Below are positions 26,256-41,212 of a stretch of DNA of 64,000 nucleotides, piece after piece. The position numbers and the translations under genes are program-made. Below the pieces are notes generated by a model. It saw nothing but the letters and a program-made list of their open reading frames with translations. It was not told the DNA's origin and ran no database searches. Numbering within the stretch: position 1 is the first letter of the stretch; every line of letters begins with the position of its first letter. The stretch is from the human T2T-CHM13v2.0 reference genome, Homo sapiens, in the NCBI RefSeq assembly GCF_009914755.1, contig NC_060931.1; one strand, written 5' to 3'.

Positions 26256-27074
26256 GGTAAGCAACAGAAAAAAAGGGGGAAGTTTCCATATATTTGTGTC
26301 AGTTGATGTATTCTATTCTTCAGTTTTTTGCTCTTGAGAATTTCTCCAGGAAAACTCTTGCATCACAAACCAATTTTTATGAACTCTCATTTAAAATGTG
26401 ACTGCACAGGTTAAAGCAGCTGTACCAAGGAATTGGGTCCAAATCCCCTTTTATTCCCATCTGAATAATCCAAGATAATCCCCCTACCTCAAGATCCTTA
26501 ATGTAATCCCATCCGCAAAGCTCTCTTTGTCACAAAAGGTAACATAGTGACAGGTCATGGGAGTTAGGACATGGCCACCTTTGTGTACGTGTGTGGAGGG
26601 CATTATCCTGTTTACTGCACCATCTGATTTCAGAGTGGAGAGCTACAAAGGGCAGCAACAGCCTGCCCAGCACGGTGCCTCACCCATCATGATGGACTCT
26701 GTTTATTTTTTTGTTGAATTGAACTAGAGTTTATGTAAATCTGTTGCTCTTAAAGTTGCCCTCAGTAAGAGGGAAATTTGATAGGAACCTGTTAAGCTCC
26801 CTGCTTGGAAACCCAGAGGCCTTGACAGAGACTCTAAGGCCAGACTGGGTGTGGGACCATCTGGATCCTGCCCCAGGCTGTGAAACACAGTGCCAAGGGG
26901 TCTTCCTAAACAGGGGTGAGGTGGGAATATTGATTCCCAATGAAGCAGCCATGGAGGGCTTTGGGAAGAAAACCCAATAAGAGGTACAAGGCAAAGGGCA
27001 GCAGGTAAGGCAGATGCACAGAGCATGTGAGGGTGAGGACCTGAGAAAGGGCATCGTCCGGAGAGATGAATAAT

Positions 27075-27330
27075 GACAGTGGCAACAAGAACTCGTTTTA
27101 TAAACACTCATTCTGTACCAGCACTATGTTAACTGCTATACATTCTCACATTTGACTCTCACCGTAACTTTATGAGGCAGGTATTGTTAATATCCTCATT
27201 ATACAGATGGGGAAACTGAGGCAGATAGCATAGCAATAACTTGACAAAGACCAAGAGCTAGCAAGTGGCAGATTCAGTATTTGAACTGAGGTCAGTTCAA
27301 CCCCAGAGTCCATAAGATGGACCCACTTCA
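27075..27330. mobile_element. MIR
   Basis: tacagatggggaaactgaggca core. Confidence 0.8.
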
Positions 27331-28139
27331 ACACGCCTCTGTCACTTTTCCGGTCTGGAATGTTTGAATGTGGTACCTGCAGCTTTGCTCAGGGGCTGGA
27401 TCCCTAGGAGAGCAAGCCTTAGGGGATGAACCCAAGATGCTGGTTTTATTTGTACTAAATCCTGAACAACTGAGCTGACTAGGCTCAGATCATTGACAAT
27501 AATTTGCTTTGCATCATAACAAACTGTTCTTTTGTTATTATCGTTGTTGTCACCGTTATTTTTCATTGGCAAAGTGCTCTTGCAGTGTTATTTGCAACTC
27601 TGGTAAATCGATGGCTTCTAAATTAAGTCCAGTCCAAGCTGGCTGTTATGAATTCTGCTGGAGCTGCCCACGCATTTTGGCAAGAGCACCCAACTGGGGT
27701 GAGCCCTGTATTAGCATTTTAATTGCTGGCTGATTGCTTTCCTGTTGCAAGACTTAGCCCACAAAGGTATGCAAGCAAGTTTCAATTAGTTCTTATCCTG
27801 TGATTTACTGAACCTATAAAGAACATCTCCCTGTAGCACTTGGAAAGTAATACCCTTAATGTACTAAAAGCAATACAGAACATTAAAGAAAAAGAATTGC
27901 CTTTACCAAGGTGTGCGCGTCTAGAGTCCCAAGGAAAATTCCTGTTTGAATGATAGTAAATTTTCTTGGGTGAGTTCTCATTGAAATGAAATGAAACACA
28001 CAAAAAACAAGCCCTTCCAAATTCCAGCTTCAGAATTATCTCCTTAATATGGAAATATCATCCCTGAGGTTTTCCCCTTGGCCTACTAGGGAAAGATAGT
28101 TTTGTGGGGGAAGATAGTTCATCAAAATGACATTTGTTA

Positions 28140-29730
28140 TTGAGTTTGTATGAGTTTCTTATATGTTGTGGCTATTAACTCCTTATCAGAGATACAGTTT
28201 GCAAATATTTCTCCCCATTCCATAGGTTGCCTTTTTATTTTGTTAATTGTTTCCTTTGCTCTGCAGAAGCTTTTTAATTTGATGTAGTTCCACTTGTTTG
28301 TTTCTGCTTTTATTGTCTGTGCTTTTGTGTCACCTCCAAAAAAACCTGAACAACGTGATTAAGAAATGGGCAAAGGATCTTTGCATTAGCTCATTTTCAC
28401 GCTGCTGATAAAGACATACCTGAAACTGGGAAGAAAAAGAGGTTTAATTGAACAGTTTCATATGGCTGGGGAGGCCTCAGAATCATGGCAGAAGGTGAAA
28501 GGCACTTCTTATATGGCAGCGGCAAGAGAAAAATGAGGAAGAAGCAAAAGTGGAAATCCCTGATAAACCTGTCAGATCTCATGAGACTTATTCACTATCA
28601 TGAGACTAGCATGGGAAAGACTGGCTCCCATGATTCAGTTATCTCCTCCTGGGTCCCTCCCACAACACATGGGAATTCTTGGAGATACAATTCAAGTTGA
28701 GATTTGGGTGGGGACACAGCCAAACCATATCAATATTAATAGACATTTTTGCAAAGAAGATGTACAAATGGCCAACAGGTATATGAAAGATGCTCAGCAT
28801 TACTGGTCATCAGAGAAATGCAAATCAAAACTACAATGAGATATCACCTCATTCCTGTTAGGATGGCTGTTACCAAAAAGACAAATGTTGGTGAGGATGG
28901 GAGAAAAGGGAGCCTTCGTGCACTGTTGATGGGAATGTAAATTGGTACAGTCATCATGGAAAACATTAGGGAGATTCATCGAAAATTAAAAATAGAACTG
29001 CCATATGACTCAGCAATTCCACTGCTAGGTATATATCCAAAAGAAATGAAATCAGTATGTCCAGGAGATATCTGTACTCCTGTTTTCACTGCAACACTAT
29101 TCACAATAGCCAAATTGTGGAAACAACCTAAGTGTTCATTGATGGATGAATGGATAAATAAACTGTAGTATATATATATATACACATGAGAGCACTATTT
29201 AGCCTTAAAAAAAGGGAAATCCTGCCATTTGTGACAATGTGAATGAGCTTGAAGGACATTATTCTAAGGGAAATAAGCCAGACAAAGACAAATATTGTGT
29301 GACATCACCTATATGTGGAATCAAAATCGTTGCACTTTGAGTAACAAGTAGAGTGGCAGTTGTCAAGGTCCTGGGGACGGGGGAGATGGGGAGTTGTTGA
29401 TTAAAGGGTACAAACTTTCAGTTATAAGATGAATAAATTCTGGGGATCTAATGTACAGCATGGTGTTAGTAATAATGTATCTTATATTTGAAATTTGCTA
29501 AGAGACTATAGTTAGTAATAATGTATCTTATATTTGAAATTTACTAAGAGAATAGATCTCCAGTGGTATCATTACACACACAGAAATGGTAACTATGTGA
29601 GGCAATGGATGTGTTAATTAGCTTGATTGCAAGAATCATTACACAAGGTATACTTAAATCACCATGAAGTGCACTATGAATATATTCAATTATTTTTGTC
29701 AATCACCCCTCAATAAGGCTGGAAACAAAG
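28140..29730 (+). mobile_element. L1MA insertion with 5' inversion (about 28140-28345 antisense, remainder sense)
   Basis: 14-bp TSD aatgacatttgtta at 28126-28139 and 29731-29744; ORF2 C-terminal peptide in ORF 28956-29168. Confidence 0.88.
28382..28732 (-). mobile_element. THE1 (B/C-like) solo LTR inside L1
   Basis: ttttcacgctgctgataaagacatacc...gggacacagccaaaccatatca; TSD-like atctt / atatt. Confidence 0.9.
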
Positions 29731-29890
29731 AATGACATTTGTTAAGCTTAGCAAATTAATATACCATGTTCCTAGTTACTCTGGTTATTGTATTTAAGAA
29801 TTGGAAGTTGGCACCCTTTGAAACAATCAGATAGCTTGCCAAAACACAGATTCCTGGGCCCTGTCTCCACAGAGTTTGATTCAGTATGTC

Positions 29891-30412
29891 TGTAGCCGTA
29901 ACCACAGCAGCCTTCATGTTCCCTCAGCTGGACTGACCTTTAGACAGGTTTTTTCCTCCTATAGGTCCCTGACCTCCCTTTCTTTAGAACATTTACTTTA
30001 GGAAACTTGGAATTGTAAATTCTTTGAGATGTAAATCTTCTTCCAGCCTCTTGCCAGTTTTACAACCCAAGAGTGACTTTCTCAAGGACCTAGGAGCCAT
30101 CTCTTTGAGATATAATCATCAAGGAAGACAGGTCTCCAGTGGCTGTCCAGTCTCTCTGGGAGGGTGGGAGCCTAACTTTGATAAGCTCCAATTAGCAAAC
30201 ACAGATGCCTAATCACATTGACCAGTCTCTCCCATAACATCCTCCAAGACTTCTCCACTAGTTCACCCAGCACTCAAAGTCCCCTGCCTTCTGTTTCAGC
30301 AGAGTGGAGTTTATTCTCTCTCCTCTATTGCACTTGTCTTGGCCCTGATTGCAATACTCTTGAATACAGTCTCCCTACCCTGTTTAACCTCTGCCCAGTG
30401 CAATTTTTCTTC
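29891..30412 (+). mobile_element. ERV1 LTR (MER67/MER31 group) inserted in a MER5A
   Basis: tttagacaggt...ctcaaggacctaggagccatc...gcctaactttgataag; MER5A halves at about 29820-29890 and 30440-30520. Confidence 0.6.
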
Positions 30413-30932
30413 TGCGCTGAGTTTGGCTAAACTCAGTCTGGCTTGAGTTTCTGCATTTATAATAAGCTCCCAGGTGATGCTGATGATGCTGGCCTATGGG
30501 CAACACCTTAAATAGAGACTTTAAATAGTTGGAGGCAGCACAAATGGAAGAAATGCAGGGTATGTACCTTGGAAGACCTTAGGGTACTTGTCCTGCTCTC
30601 TGTCCTGAGATCAAAGCAAGAAAGCATCTCACTTGGGGTTGGGGTGGGCTGTGATTTCATTATTGGTGCCTCCTGGAGACAACACGGACCATCCTGACAG
30701 GTCAGCTGGTACTGCTAAGGTGTCTTGTTGACTGGTTGCCTTTTGTACCATCTAACTCCTTGGGTCCTGGAATTCTTCCTCTTGTTGGGGAGGATAAAAC
30801 TGTAGTTACACCCTAGCAACTGTAAATTCTTTATTTTTACAGTTTTATTTATTTATTTAAATCATTTTGGCTTTGATGTTAGATTCAGGGGGTACGTGTG
30901 CAGGTTTGTTACCTGGGTTATAATTTTACAAC

Positions 30933-31546
30933 TGTAAAGGAGACCAGTATTTTCAGGCCTCCCTTCTGCAGACTTCTTAAATCTCAAGGCTTTTGGCACA
31001 ACTTTAATAGTATCTTCTGGTGTGAGTGAGATCAAGCTGTGGAATATGATGAGGTTTCCCTTCACACAGCCTGATCAGTCCTTTCTTCTTTAATTGGTAG
31101 TACCCTGCCCCCCCCCACCCCTTTTTCCTTTTTCTCTTTTCTGCCTTTGTTACATGCCCGGACATGCCACAGTACAGGCTTATCAGTACCAGCTCCCATT
31201 CCTTTCCTTATTTGGAAAGGAGACTAGCTCTCTAGCTCATTGCAGACACCCCTTCCTCTTTTTTTTCCCCCTCTCTCCCTTACGTGCTCACCTTATCTAA
31301 AGAAAGTTCAAATATCTAGCCAACCAGGATTAGTTCAGATTGTTCGACCCGACCCCGGCCAATGGGGAAAGGGTGCGGGGCAGGACTTGCATCAGGAATA
31401 AAGGCTCTCATGCCTCTTTGTTCGGGTGTGCTCTCATGGTGACTGGCCAAGGAGGCACCCCTCTGCACGGAAGTAAAATTGCTTTGCTAAGAATTCTTTG
31501 TTTGAATGTTCAATCTCCTTAGGATTTTGAGCGTTTATTCCCAACA
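30933..31546 (+). mobile_element. LTR10-family solo LTR (B/C/D/E-like); left boundary uncertain
   Basis: catgcccggacatgcc, tcagtaccagctc, ccaat box, ends ttcccaaca. Confidence 0.65.
31150..31169. promoter_or_regulatory. Candidate p53 response element (two adjacent half-sites)
   Basis: ttaCATGccc ggaCATGcca versus RRRCWWGYYY x2; cores intact, 3 flank mismatches. Confidence 0.5.
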
Positions 31547-32177
31547 ATTCACTTGCTAATGACTTGGTCTTAACGTAAACTTTCACTGCAGCCTTCAAGG
31601 TGTTCATGGATCCCCTAAAGAGACCATCTTCAGGGCTGTCCATGCTTTGGTGTTCATGCTAGACTGAAAGGGGAGCAAAGAGAAGATCTTCCACATTTCG
31701 TGTTAAAAAAAATGTTTAGGCAAATTAATAAAAAGGAATTGTGCTTCATGTAATCATATATATTTTTTAGTTTTCTACTAGTGTTTGAAACCACTAAGAA
31801 GATAAAAGACATGACCAAAATGGCAATAGTAATTTTTGTATAAATCAATCTTCTAAATTTAGAATTTTTCTCAAATCACAAATAACAATTTTATAAAATG
31901 CTATTGTTGCTTGTAGAAGGTAAATAATAAACCCAGCACCCTCTCGCTATCCATCAATGGTGGTGTAATTGGTGCTATCCTATTTCTTAAGGTCTTTCCT
32001 TCAAAGAATACTAAGAACCCATTAACTTGTGCCATTGCCCTGGGATAAGAGGAACGGAAGTCAGGAGGGCTTTTGTGAAAAAAGAGATATTTAAATGTAT
32101 CCTATTTATTTATCATTTCTATCATCTATCTAATCTATCCATCCATCATCTATTTATCTATTTATCCACCATCTATT

Positions 32178-33915
32178 TGGGAAAGGAAAATAAAATCTCA
32201 GGACCCCAAACTCACTATGCCAAAGGGAAAAGTTAAGCTTGGGAACTGAGTCATGCAAAAAACTGCCTTCCGTTTGTTCCTCAACAGATAGCTGCAAAGA
32301 TAGAAGGCCACATATCTCCCCAGGTGGCCTCCTTCCCCCTAACATGTAAATTAACAGCTTATCTTCATAGGTACGGGACAAAGACAAGGCTAGAAATTAT
32401 CCCTCCACCTACCCTGAGACAAATGTATATTTAATTTCTTCCTCTACTTGATGTTAACTTTATTGTATGTAAAATGCAGATTAAAAATTTTTTTATTTTA
32501 AGTTCTGGGATGCATGTGCAGAATGTGCAGGTTTCATAGGTAGATGTGTGCTATGGTGGTTTGCTGCATCCATCAACCCATCACCTAGGTATTAAGTCCA
32601 GCATGCATTAGCTGTTTATCCTGATGTTCTCCCTCCCCCTGACCCCTGACAGGCCCCAGTGTGTGTTGTTCCCCTCCCTGTGTCCATGTGTTCTCATTGT
32701 TCAGCTCCCACTTATGCGTGAGAACATGTGGTGTTTGGTTTTCTGTTCCTGTGTTAGTTTGCTGAGGATAATGGCTTCCAGTGTCATCCATGTCCCTGCA
32801 AAGGACATGATCTCATTCTTTTTATGGCTGCATAGTATCCCATGGTGTGTATGTACCACATTTTCTTTATCCAGTCTATGACTGATGGGCATCTGGGTTG
32901 ATCCCATGTCTTTGCTATTGTAAATAGTGCTGCAGTGAACAAACAAGTGCATGTGTCTTTTTTATTTAATGATTTCTTTCCCTTTGGGTAGATGCCCCGT
33001 AGTGGGATTGCTGGGTCAAATGGTATTTCTGGTTCTAGATCCTTGAGGAATCGCCACACTGTCTTCCACAATGGTTGAATAATTTACAGTCCCACCAACA
33101 GTGTAAAAGTATTCCTATTTCTCAACAGCCTCACCAGCATCTGTTGTTTCTTGACTTTTTAATAATCACCATTCTGACTGGCATGAGATGGTATCTCATT
33201 GTAGTTTTGATTTGCATTTCTCTAATGATCAGTAATGTCGAGCTTTATTTCATATGTTTGTTGGCCACATAAATGTCGTCTTTTGAGATGTGTTCTGTTC
33301 ATGTACTTTGCCCACTTGTGATGGAGTTGTTTGTTTTTTTCTTGTAAATCTATGTAAGTTCCTTGTAAATTCTGGATATTAGACCTTTGTCAGATGGGTA
33401 GATTGCAAAAATTTTCTCCCATTCTGTAGGTTGCCTGTTTGCCCTGATGATGGTTTCTTTTGCTGTGCAGAAGCTCTTTAGTTTAATTAGGTCCTATTTA
33501 TTAGTTTTTGCTTTTGTTGCAATTGCTTTTGGTGATTTTATCATAAAATTTTTGCCCATGCCTATGTCCTGAATGGTATTGTCTAGCTTTTCTTCTAGGG
33601 TTTTTATAGTTTTGGGTTTTACATTTAAGTCTTTAATTCATTTTGAGTTAATTTTTGTATAAGGTATAAGGAAGGGGTCCAGCTTCAGTTTTTTGTAAGA
33701 TGCAGATTTACTGAGTGTAAGATGAATGCATAATTGACTGTTCCTCTTGCCCCTCCTGCTCATTCTTTCCCCTTTAAATAATTAGGTGCTCAAAATCCTC
33801 TTTGGAAAAAGCACAGGCCACAGATCCCATGTGACTTGTGTCTGTTTTTCCTGGGCATGTTCTCAACCTTGCAAAATAAACCTCTAGACTGATTGGGACC
33901 TGCTTCAGATGCCAG
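32178..33915 (+). mobile_element. MER4C-like LTR split by an L1PA
   Basis: gaaaggaaaataaaatctcaggaccccaaactcactatgcc...; resumes at 33694 and ends near gcaaaataaacctct. Confidence 0.75.
32483..33693 (-). mobile_element. L1PA 3' 1.2 kb
   Basis: ORF 32784-33071 [22 protein letters not shown] is L1 ORF2p; TSD tgtaa(a/g)atgcagatt at 32468-32482 and 33694-33708. Confidence 0.93.
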
Positions 33916-33933
33916 ATGCTTTGTGATTTACAT

Positions 33934-33975
33934 TATCTATCTATCTATCTATCTATCCATCCATCCATCCATCCA
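33934..33975. repeat. (TATC)n(CATC)n tetranucleotide STR; degenerate relative at about 32105-32175
   Basis: Direct reading. Confidence 0.9.
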
Positions 33976-34214
33976 GATGGAAGAGATACTCAAAAGCGGA
34001 AGAAAATTATGTCCTCGGCAGAATATACTGCAGATCTGTGCATCAGTAGCTGTGGTCAGTGGGCCTTTGTGATCAGGGCAAGTATGATATGTGAATAAGT
34101 TATTCCTAAATCTTTTCTCCGTAACAGTCAGATCTCAGGATGTACATGTTTGTGTTCATATATGAGTGGCTGAAGATAGCCAAGAGTGGTTGAGTGAGGC
34201 CTAGTTATAGGAGT

Positions 34215-35560
<1,346 letters not shown>

Positions 35561-35771
35561 GGGGCAAAAGGGTGATTAACTGAAGCCAACCAAGGCTGTC
35601 CAAGGAGCAGCTGTTAGAAGAAGCTTCCTGGTTAGAAGGAACAGGCTTAGAAGCTAGCTCTTCTGAGGGCGAATCCCAGCCCTGCCCCTTGGTGTGTGAC
35701 TTTGGGCAAGTTACTTGCCTCTCTGGGCCTTAGGTTCTTAATATGCAAAATGAAGATAATGGAATAGACGT

Positions 35772-36582
<811 letters not shown>

Positions 36583-36623
36583 AACAACCATATAGGGTTT
36601 CCATGAGGATTAAAAGGATTACT

Positions 36624-37109
<486 letters not shown>

Positions 37110-40100
37110 TAAAAACACGTAGAAGGCTACTCAGCTCCTCCATAATAAATAAAGCCTCACCTTTGTCCCTGAATCTTGTGGGCTGTTGGCCAGTTTCTTG
37201 ACAGTCTAAAGGAAGAGGTCAACTTCTCTGGAGACAAGAGGGCAAATAGATGTCCTGCCTCCAAAATGCCTAGTCTAAGCAAACTTCTGGTCTGGAGGGA
37301 TGGGAGAAGCTGCTTGCAGCTTGTGGAGATGAGACATATATTTTACAACTTGCAGAGTAGCCTCTCCTCTTCTAGAGGAATATTTGCCAAATGTTGGGGG
37401 CAGGTAAACAGGCACAGGGGTTCATAAAACCTAGACCATACTTGCTCCGGAGTAGTTTCCAAAAGAGGGATCCTTGGAATCCCTGTTTCACAGGACACTT
37501 TGAGAAAGGATTTGTTGCTTAGAAAATATTAGAGAGCATTAGACAATTGGCAATTAAAAGCGTTTCTTTATTGCTTGATTCTAGTCTGTATTTTGCTAAT
37601 GTACCTTGTAAATCTGTGAAATGACGGTGAGATAGGGAGCATTTTCCAAACTTATTTAAATTTGTCAACTCTTCTCGTCTCATAACAAATCTTCCATAGC
37701 ACATAGTCTGGGGAAAAAGGTGCCCCAGAGACATGTGGGTTACCTATATCTACCTATCTGCATTTAGTAGTGTTGGCAGGGATTCTGTGAAGTCAGAAGT
37801 GCCCTGGTTCTAGCAAGGTGAAGTCAGTTACCACCAAATTCAGAACGGATTTCTCCAGAGGAAATAACCCGCATGGCAACTCACGGCAAGAAGTGTCCTT
37901 CTAGGGAAAGGAGTTTTCATCCATGTGCACACTCTCCAAGCAGAGCCTCTGGATCTGGGTAAATATGTCTGTGGGGTCATGTGGGGTGCGTAGTGTTGGA
38001 ATGAGCATATACTGCGTTGTTCATTGATGTCCCCTAGTGTTTCAATCAGTTGCTTTTATTGTTAATGCTTTCTCTCTCTACAGTTTATAATAATTTCTCC
38101 ATGCTTAAGAGTTGTCCGTAACTTGGCCTTATGGATACCAGAAAGTCCCAACTATCTCTCATTACCTGAAGCTGTACCTGAAATGTCTCCATCAAATTGA
38201 CTCTTCTTGGGTTAAGTTATCATTTCCAGAATGCTTGTGGAAGAAGGCACACATTGTTGGCAGCATTTACCCAGGAATAATTGATCAGAGTAGGCTGGAC
38301 AACAGGCAGGGCCCAAGGTCATGCAGAGCTCCTTGAGGGAAGAGAATGGGAACTTGTGGGCAGGTGGGCCGTGAGCCCCCAGGAACTTGGCACAGCAGCA
38401 GGACCCTGGCACTTAAGCGGGGGAGTTGGGCAGAACATCCTCCTCCGGGATTCTTGCTGATTTCCCAGGCTCAGGCTCTCCCAGCTCCATTGGGCCTCCT
38501 GTGTACAGAGGTACTTCTAAAATTACTGTCTACAAGAAATATATTTGTGGTATGCTGTTCTTAAGCTCTAGTTCACTGAAGATTTGAAGGTTCTGGGGAG
38601 GTAGTATCATCTTCTGGCTCCAGCCTGTCTCCTCTTCCATCACCTCCTGACTCTCTAGAGAAAAGATTCCATCTACACATCTGACCCTGGATATCTCATC
38701 TTCTACTCTAAGTACTTTTCAAGAGGTCCTCCCAGCAAATAGATCTTCTTCCTAAAAGCATTTCTAAAACTAGCTGTTAAAAATGTTCAAATTTCTCCAC
38801 TTTCTCCGTTAGGATCAGCCAGAAGAGAGAAGCAACTTTGATTTATAAAGTAGGAAGAGACTCGATATTGAGAACTGTGAGATTAAACAACCACTGGAAA
38901 GCTGAGGAAGTGAAGACAAGGGAGGTTATTTTCGGGAAATCTGGAAGTGTAGAGATTGCTGGAAATCATACCTTTAATAGCATCAAAGTGGGAGAGTCTT
39001 GGGAGGACACCCAGAGATGTTGAAGATGCCAATGAATGCTGTCAATACAGCACCAGCAGGTGAACTGAGAGCCTGTGATTGTTTATCTTGCAAGTTCCAA
39101 GCCACTGAGAATAATGGCATCCTCTTTTTATCCTGCCTGCCAAGTCCTGCACAAGTTTCTCGTTGGAGGTATCAAATTGGGATCTGGCTGGCAAGGGGTC
39201 TGGGAAATGTTATTTCCAGTGCAGGGTGAAGGATGCTGAGGATCAAAAGCAACGTCCAACACATCCCTGGTTTATACACAATTTCAGGAGGCGAAGGAAA
39301 AGGAGGGAGAGATTCTAGGCAGGCAAGTGGCATGACCGAAGGACAGCGTAGGGCACAGGCCTGAGGCCAGGCCCACAGAAGCTTAGGGTGTCTCTGTCAC
39401 AGGAGGGGCTGGAAGTCAGATGGTGACCAGGTTGTGGGGCTTGTGAGTGCCACAGGAAGGGTCCAGTGAAGACATTACATGAGGAAGTCATGTGATTAGG
39501 AAAAGGTGTTGGGAAAACTGAAGGGCTGGAAGTGGGGACAAGGCTCGGTTGGTTGCGCTGACTTTTCTCCCTTCTCCTGGATCTGGATCCTGGGTTTGGA
39601 TTGTTTCCCGTCACAGTCACTGAGAGGGCGATGACTTGAAGGAAACAACATTGTCCCAGCAGGAGCAGTCAGGACAGTTGTAAACCCCTATGCTTTATTA
39701 TCTGTGTACTTGCCACCAATTTAACAGGGTCTTGAACAAGGTCACAAGAAAATAGCCTCTTCCCCTGATGAACTGCTGATGCAGTGTCAGTTACTGGGGT
39801 TGGCAAAATAAACCTGCTTTTATAGGCTGTTTGCTTTCAAGGGTGAAAGCTCTTGAAAATTATATTTGGGTCCATTTTTCTGTCAACCTTTAAACTGTGA
39901 CACATGAGTGTGCTTGGGGATTGGTGCTTTCCTTGTGGGGTCTCCGGTTCTAACTGAATCGATCAACCCATCAGTCAATCAGTCTATTACACAAAGCCCG
40001 GAAGGGTGGTGTCAGGGCTTCTGGGGACAACGTGGCAAGAATTAAAGTAATGGAAGATTTCAATGTCCCACTGATGAGGCTGGGCTTAATTCTGATGCAA

Positions 40101-40188
40101 GACCGAGGCTTGGAAGGGCTTGGAAAGGCGTTGTATTAGTCTGCTTTTGCACTACTGTGCAAAAGAATCTGAGACTGTGTAATTTATA

Positions 40189-41030
40189 CTTGTGTATGCC
40201 TCATGAAGTTCTCGTGCTGTGTTTTTCAGCTCCATCAGGTCATTTAGTTTCTTCTCTAAACTGGTTATTCTAGTTAGCAATTCGTCTAACCTTTTTTCAG
40301 GGTTCTTAGCTTCCTTACTTTGGGTTAGAACATGCTCCTTTAGCTCGGAGGAGTTTGTTATTTCCCACTTTCTGAAGCCTACTTCTGCCAGTTCATCAAA
40401 CTCATTCTCCATCCAGTTTTGTTCCCTTGCTGGGGAGGAGTTGTGATCCTTTGAAGGAGATCAGGTGTTCTGGTTTTTGGAATTTTCAGCCTTTTAGCAC
40501 TGGTTTCTCCCCATCTTCGTGGATTTATCTACCTTTAGTCTTTGATGTTGGTGACCTTCGGATGGGGTCTCTGAGTGGATGTGCTATTCCTTTCTGTTAG
40601 TTTTCCTTCTAACAGTCAGGCCCCTCTGCTGCAGGTTTGCTGGAGGTCCACTCCAGACCCTGTTTGCCTGGGTATCACCAGCGGAGGCTGCAGAACAGCA
40701 AAGATTGCTGCCTGTTCTTTCCTCTGAAAGCTTCATCCCAGAGGGGCACCCACCAGATGCCAGCCAGAGCTTTCCTGTGTGAGGTGTCTGTTGGCCCCTA
40801 CTGGGAGGTGTCTCCCAGTCAAGATACATGGGGGTCAGGGACCCACTTGAGGAGGCAGTCTGACCCTTAGAGCTTGAACGCTGTGCTGGGAGGTCCACTC
40901 CTCTCTTCAGAGCCATCAGGCAGGGAGGTTTAAGTCTGCTGAAGCTGCCTCCACAGCCGCCACTTCCCCCAGGTGCTCTATCCCAGGGAGATGGGAGTTT
41001 TATCTATAAGTCCCTGACTGGGGCTGCTGC
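40189..41030 (-). mobile_element. L1PA internal fragment (distal 5'UTR plus N-terminal ORF1), no 3' end
   Basis: ORF 40152-40412 MENEFDEL...LKEHVLTQ...RITSLEK...LMELKNTARELHEAYTS is the ORF1p coiled coil; flanked by a 20-bp direct repeat. Confidence 0.92.
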
Positions 41031-41162
41031 CTGAGGCTGTGTAATTTATATAGAAAAGTTGTTTAATTGACTCACAGTTCTGCAAGGCTGGAGAGGCCTC
41101 AGGAAACTTACAATCCTGGCAGAAGGCAAAGGGGAAGCAAGGCACATGTTACATGGTGGCAG

Positions 41163-41212
41163 GAGAGAGAGAGAGAGGGAGGGAGAGAGAGAGAGACAGA
41201 GAGAGAGAGAGA
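41163..41212. repeat. (GA)n-rich polypurine tract in the THE1 LTR
   Basis: Direct reading. Confidence 0.9.

Noticed and set aside
28462-28474. PRDM9 hotspot motif position in THE1
   Set aside because: Reads cctccccagccat on the minus strand, two mismatches to CCNCCNTNNCCNC.
38060-38220. Strong-looking splice acceptor ttctctctctacag at 38083
   Set aside because: No convincing donor or coding frame follows; an exon cannot be supported without RNA data.
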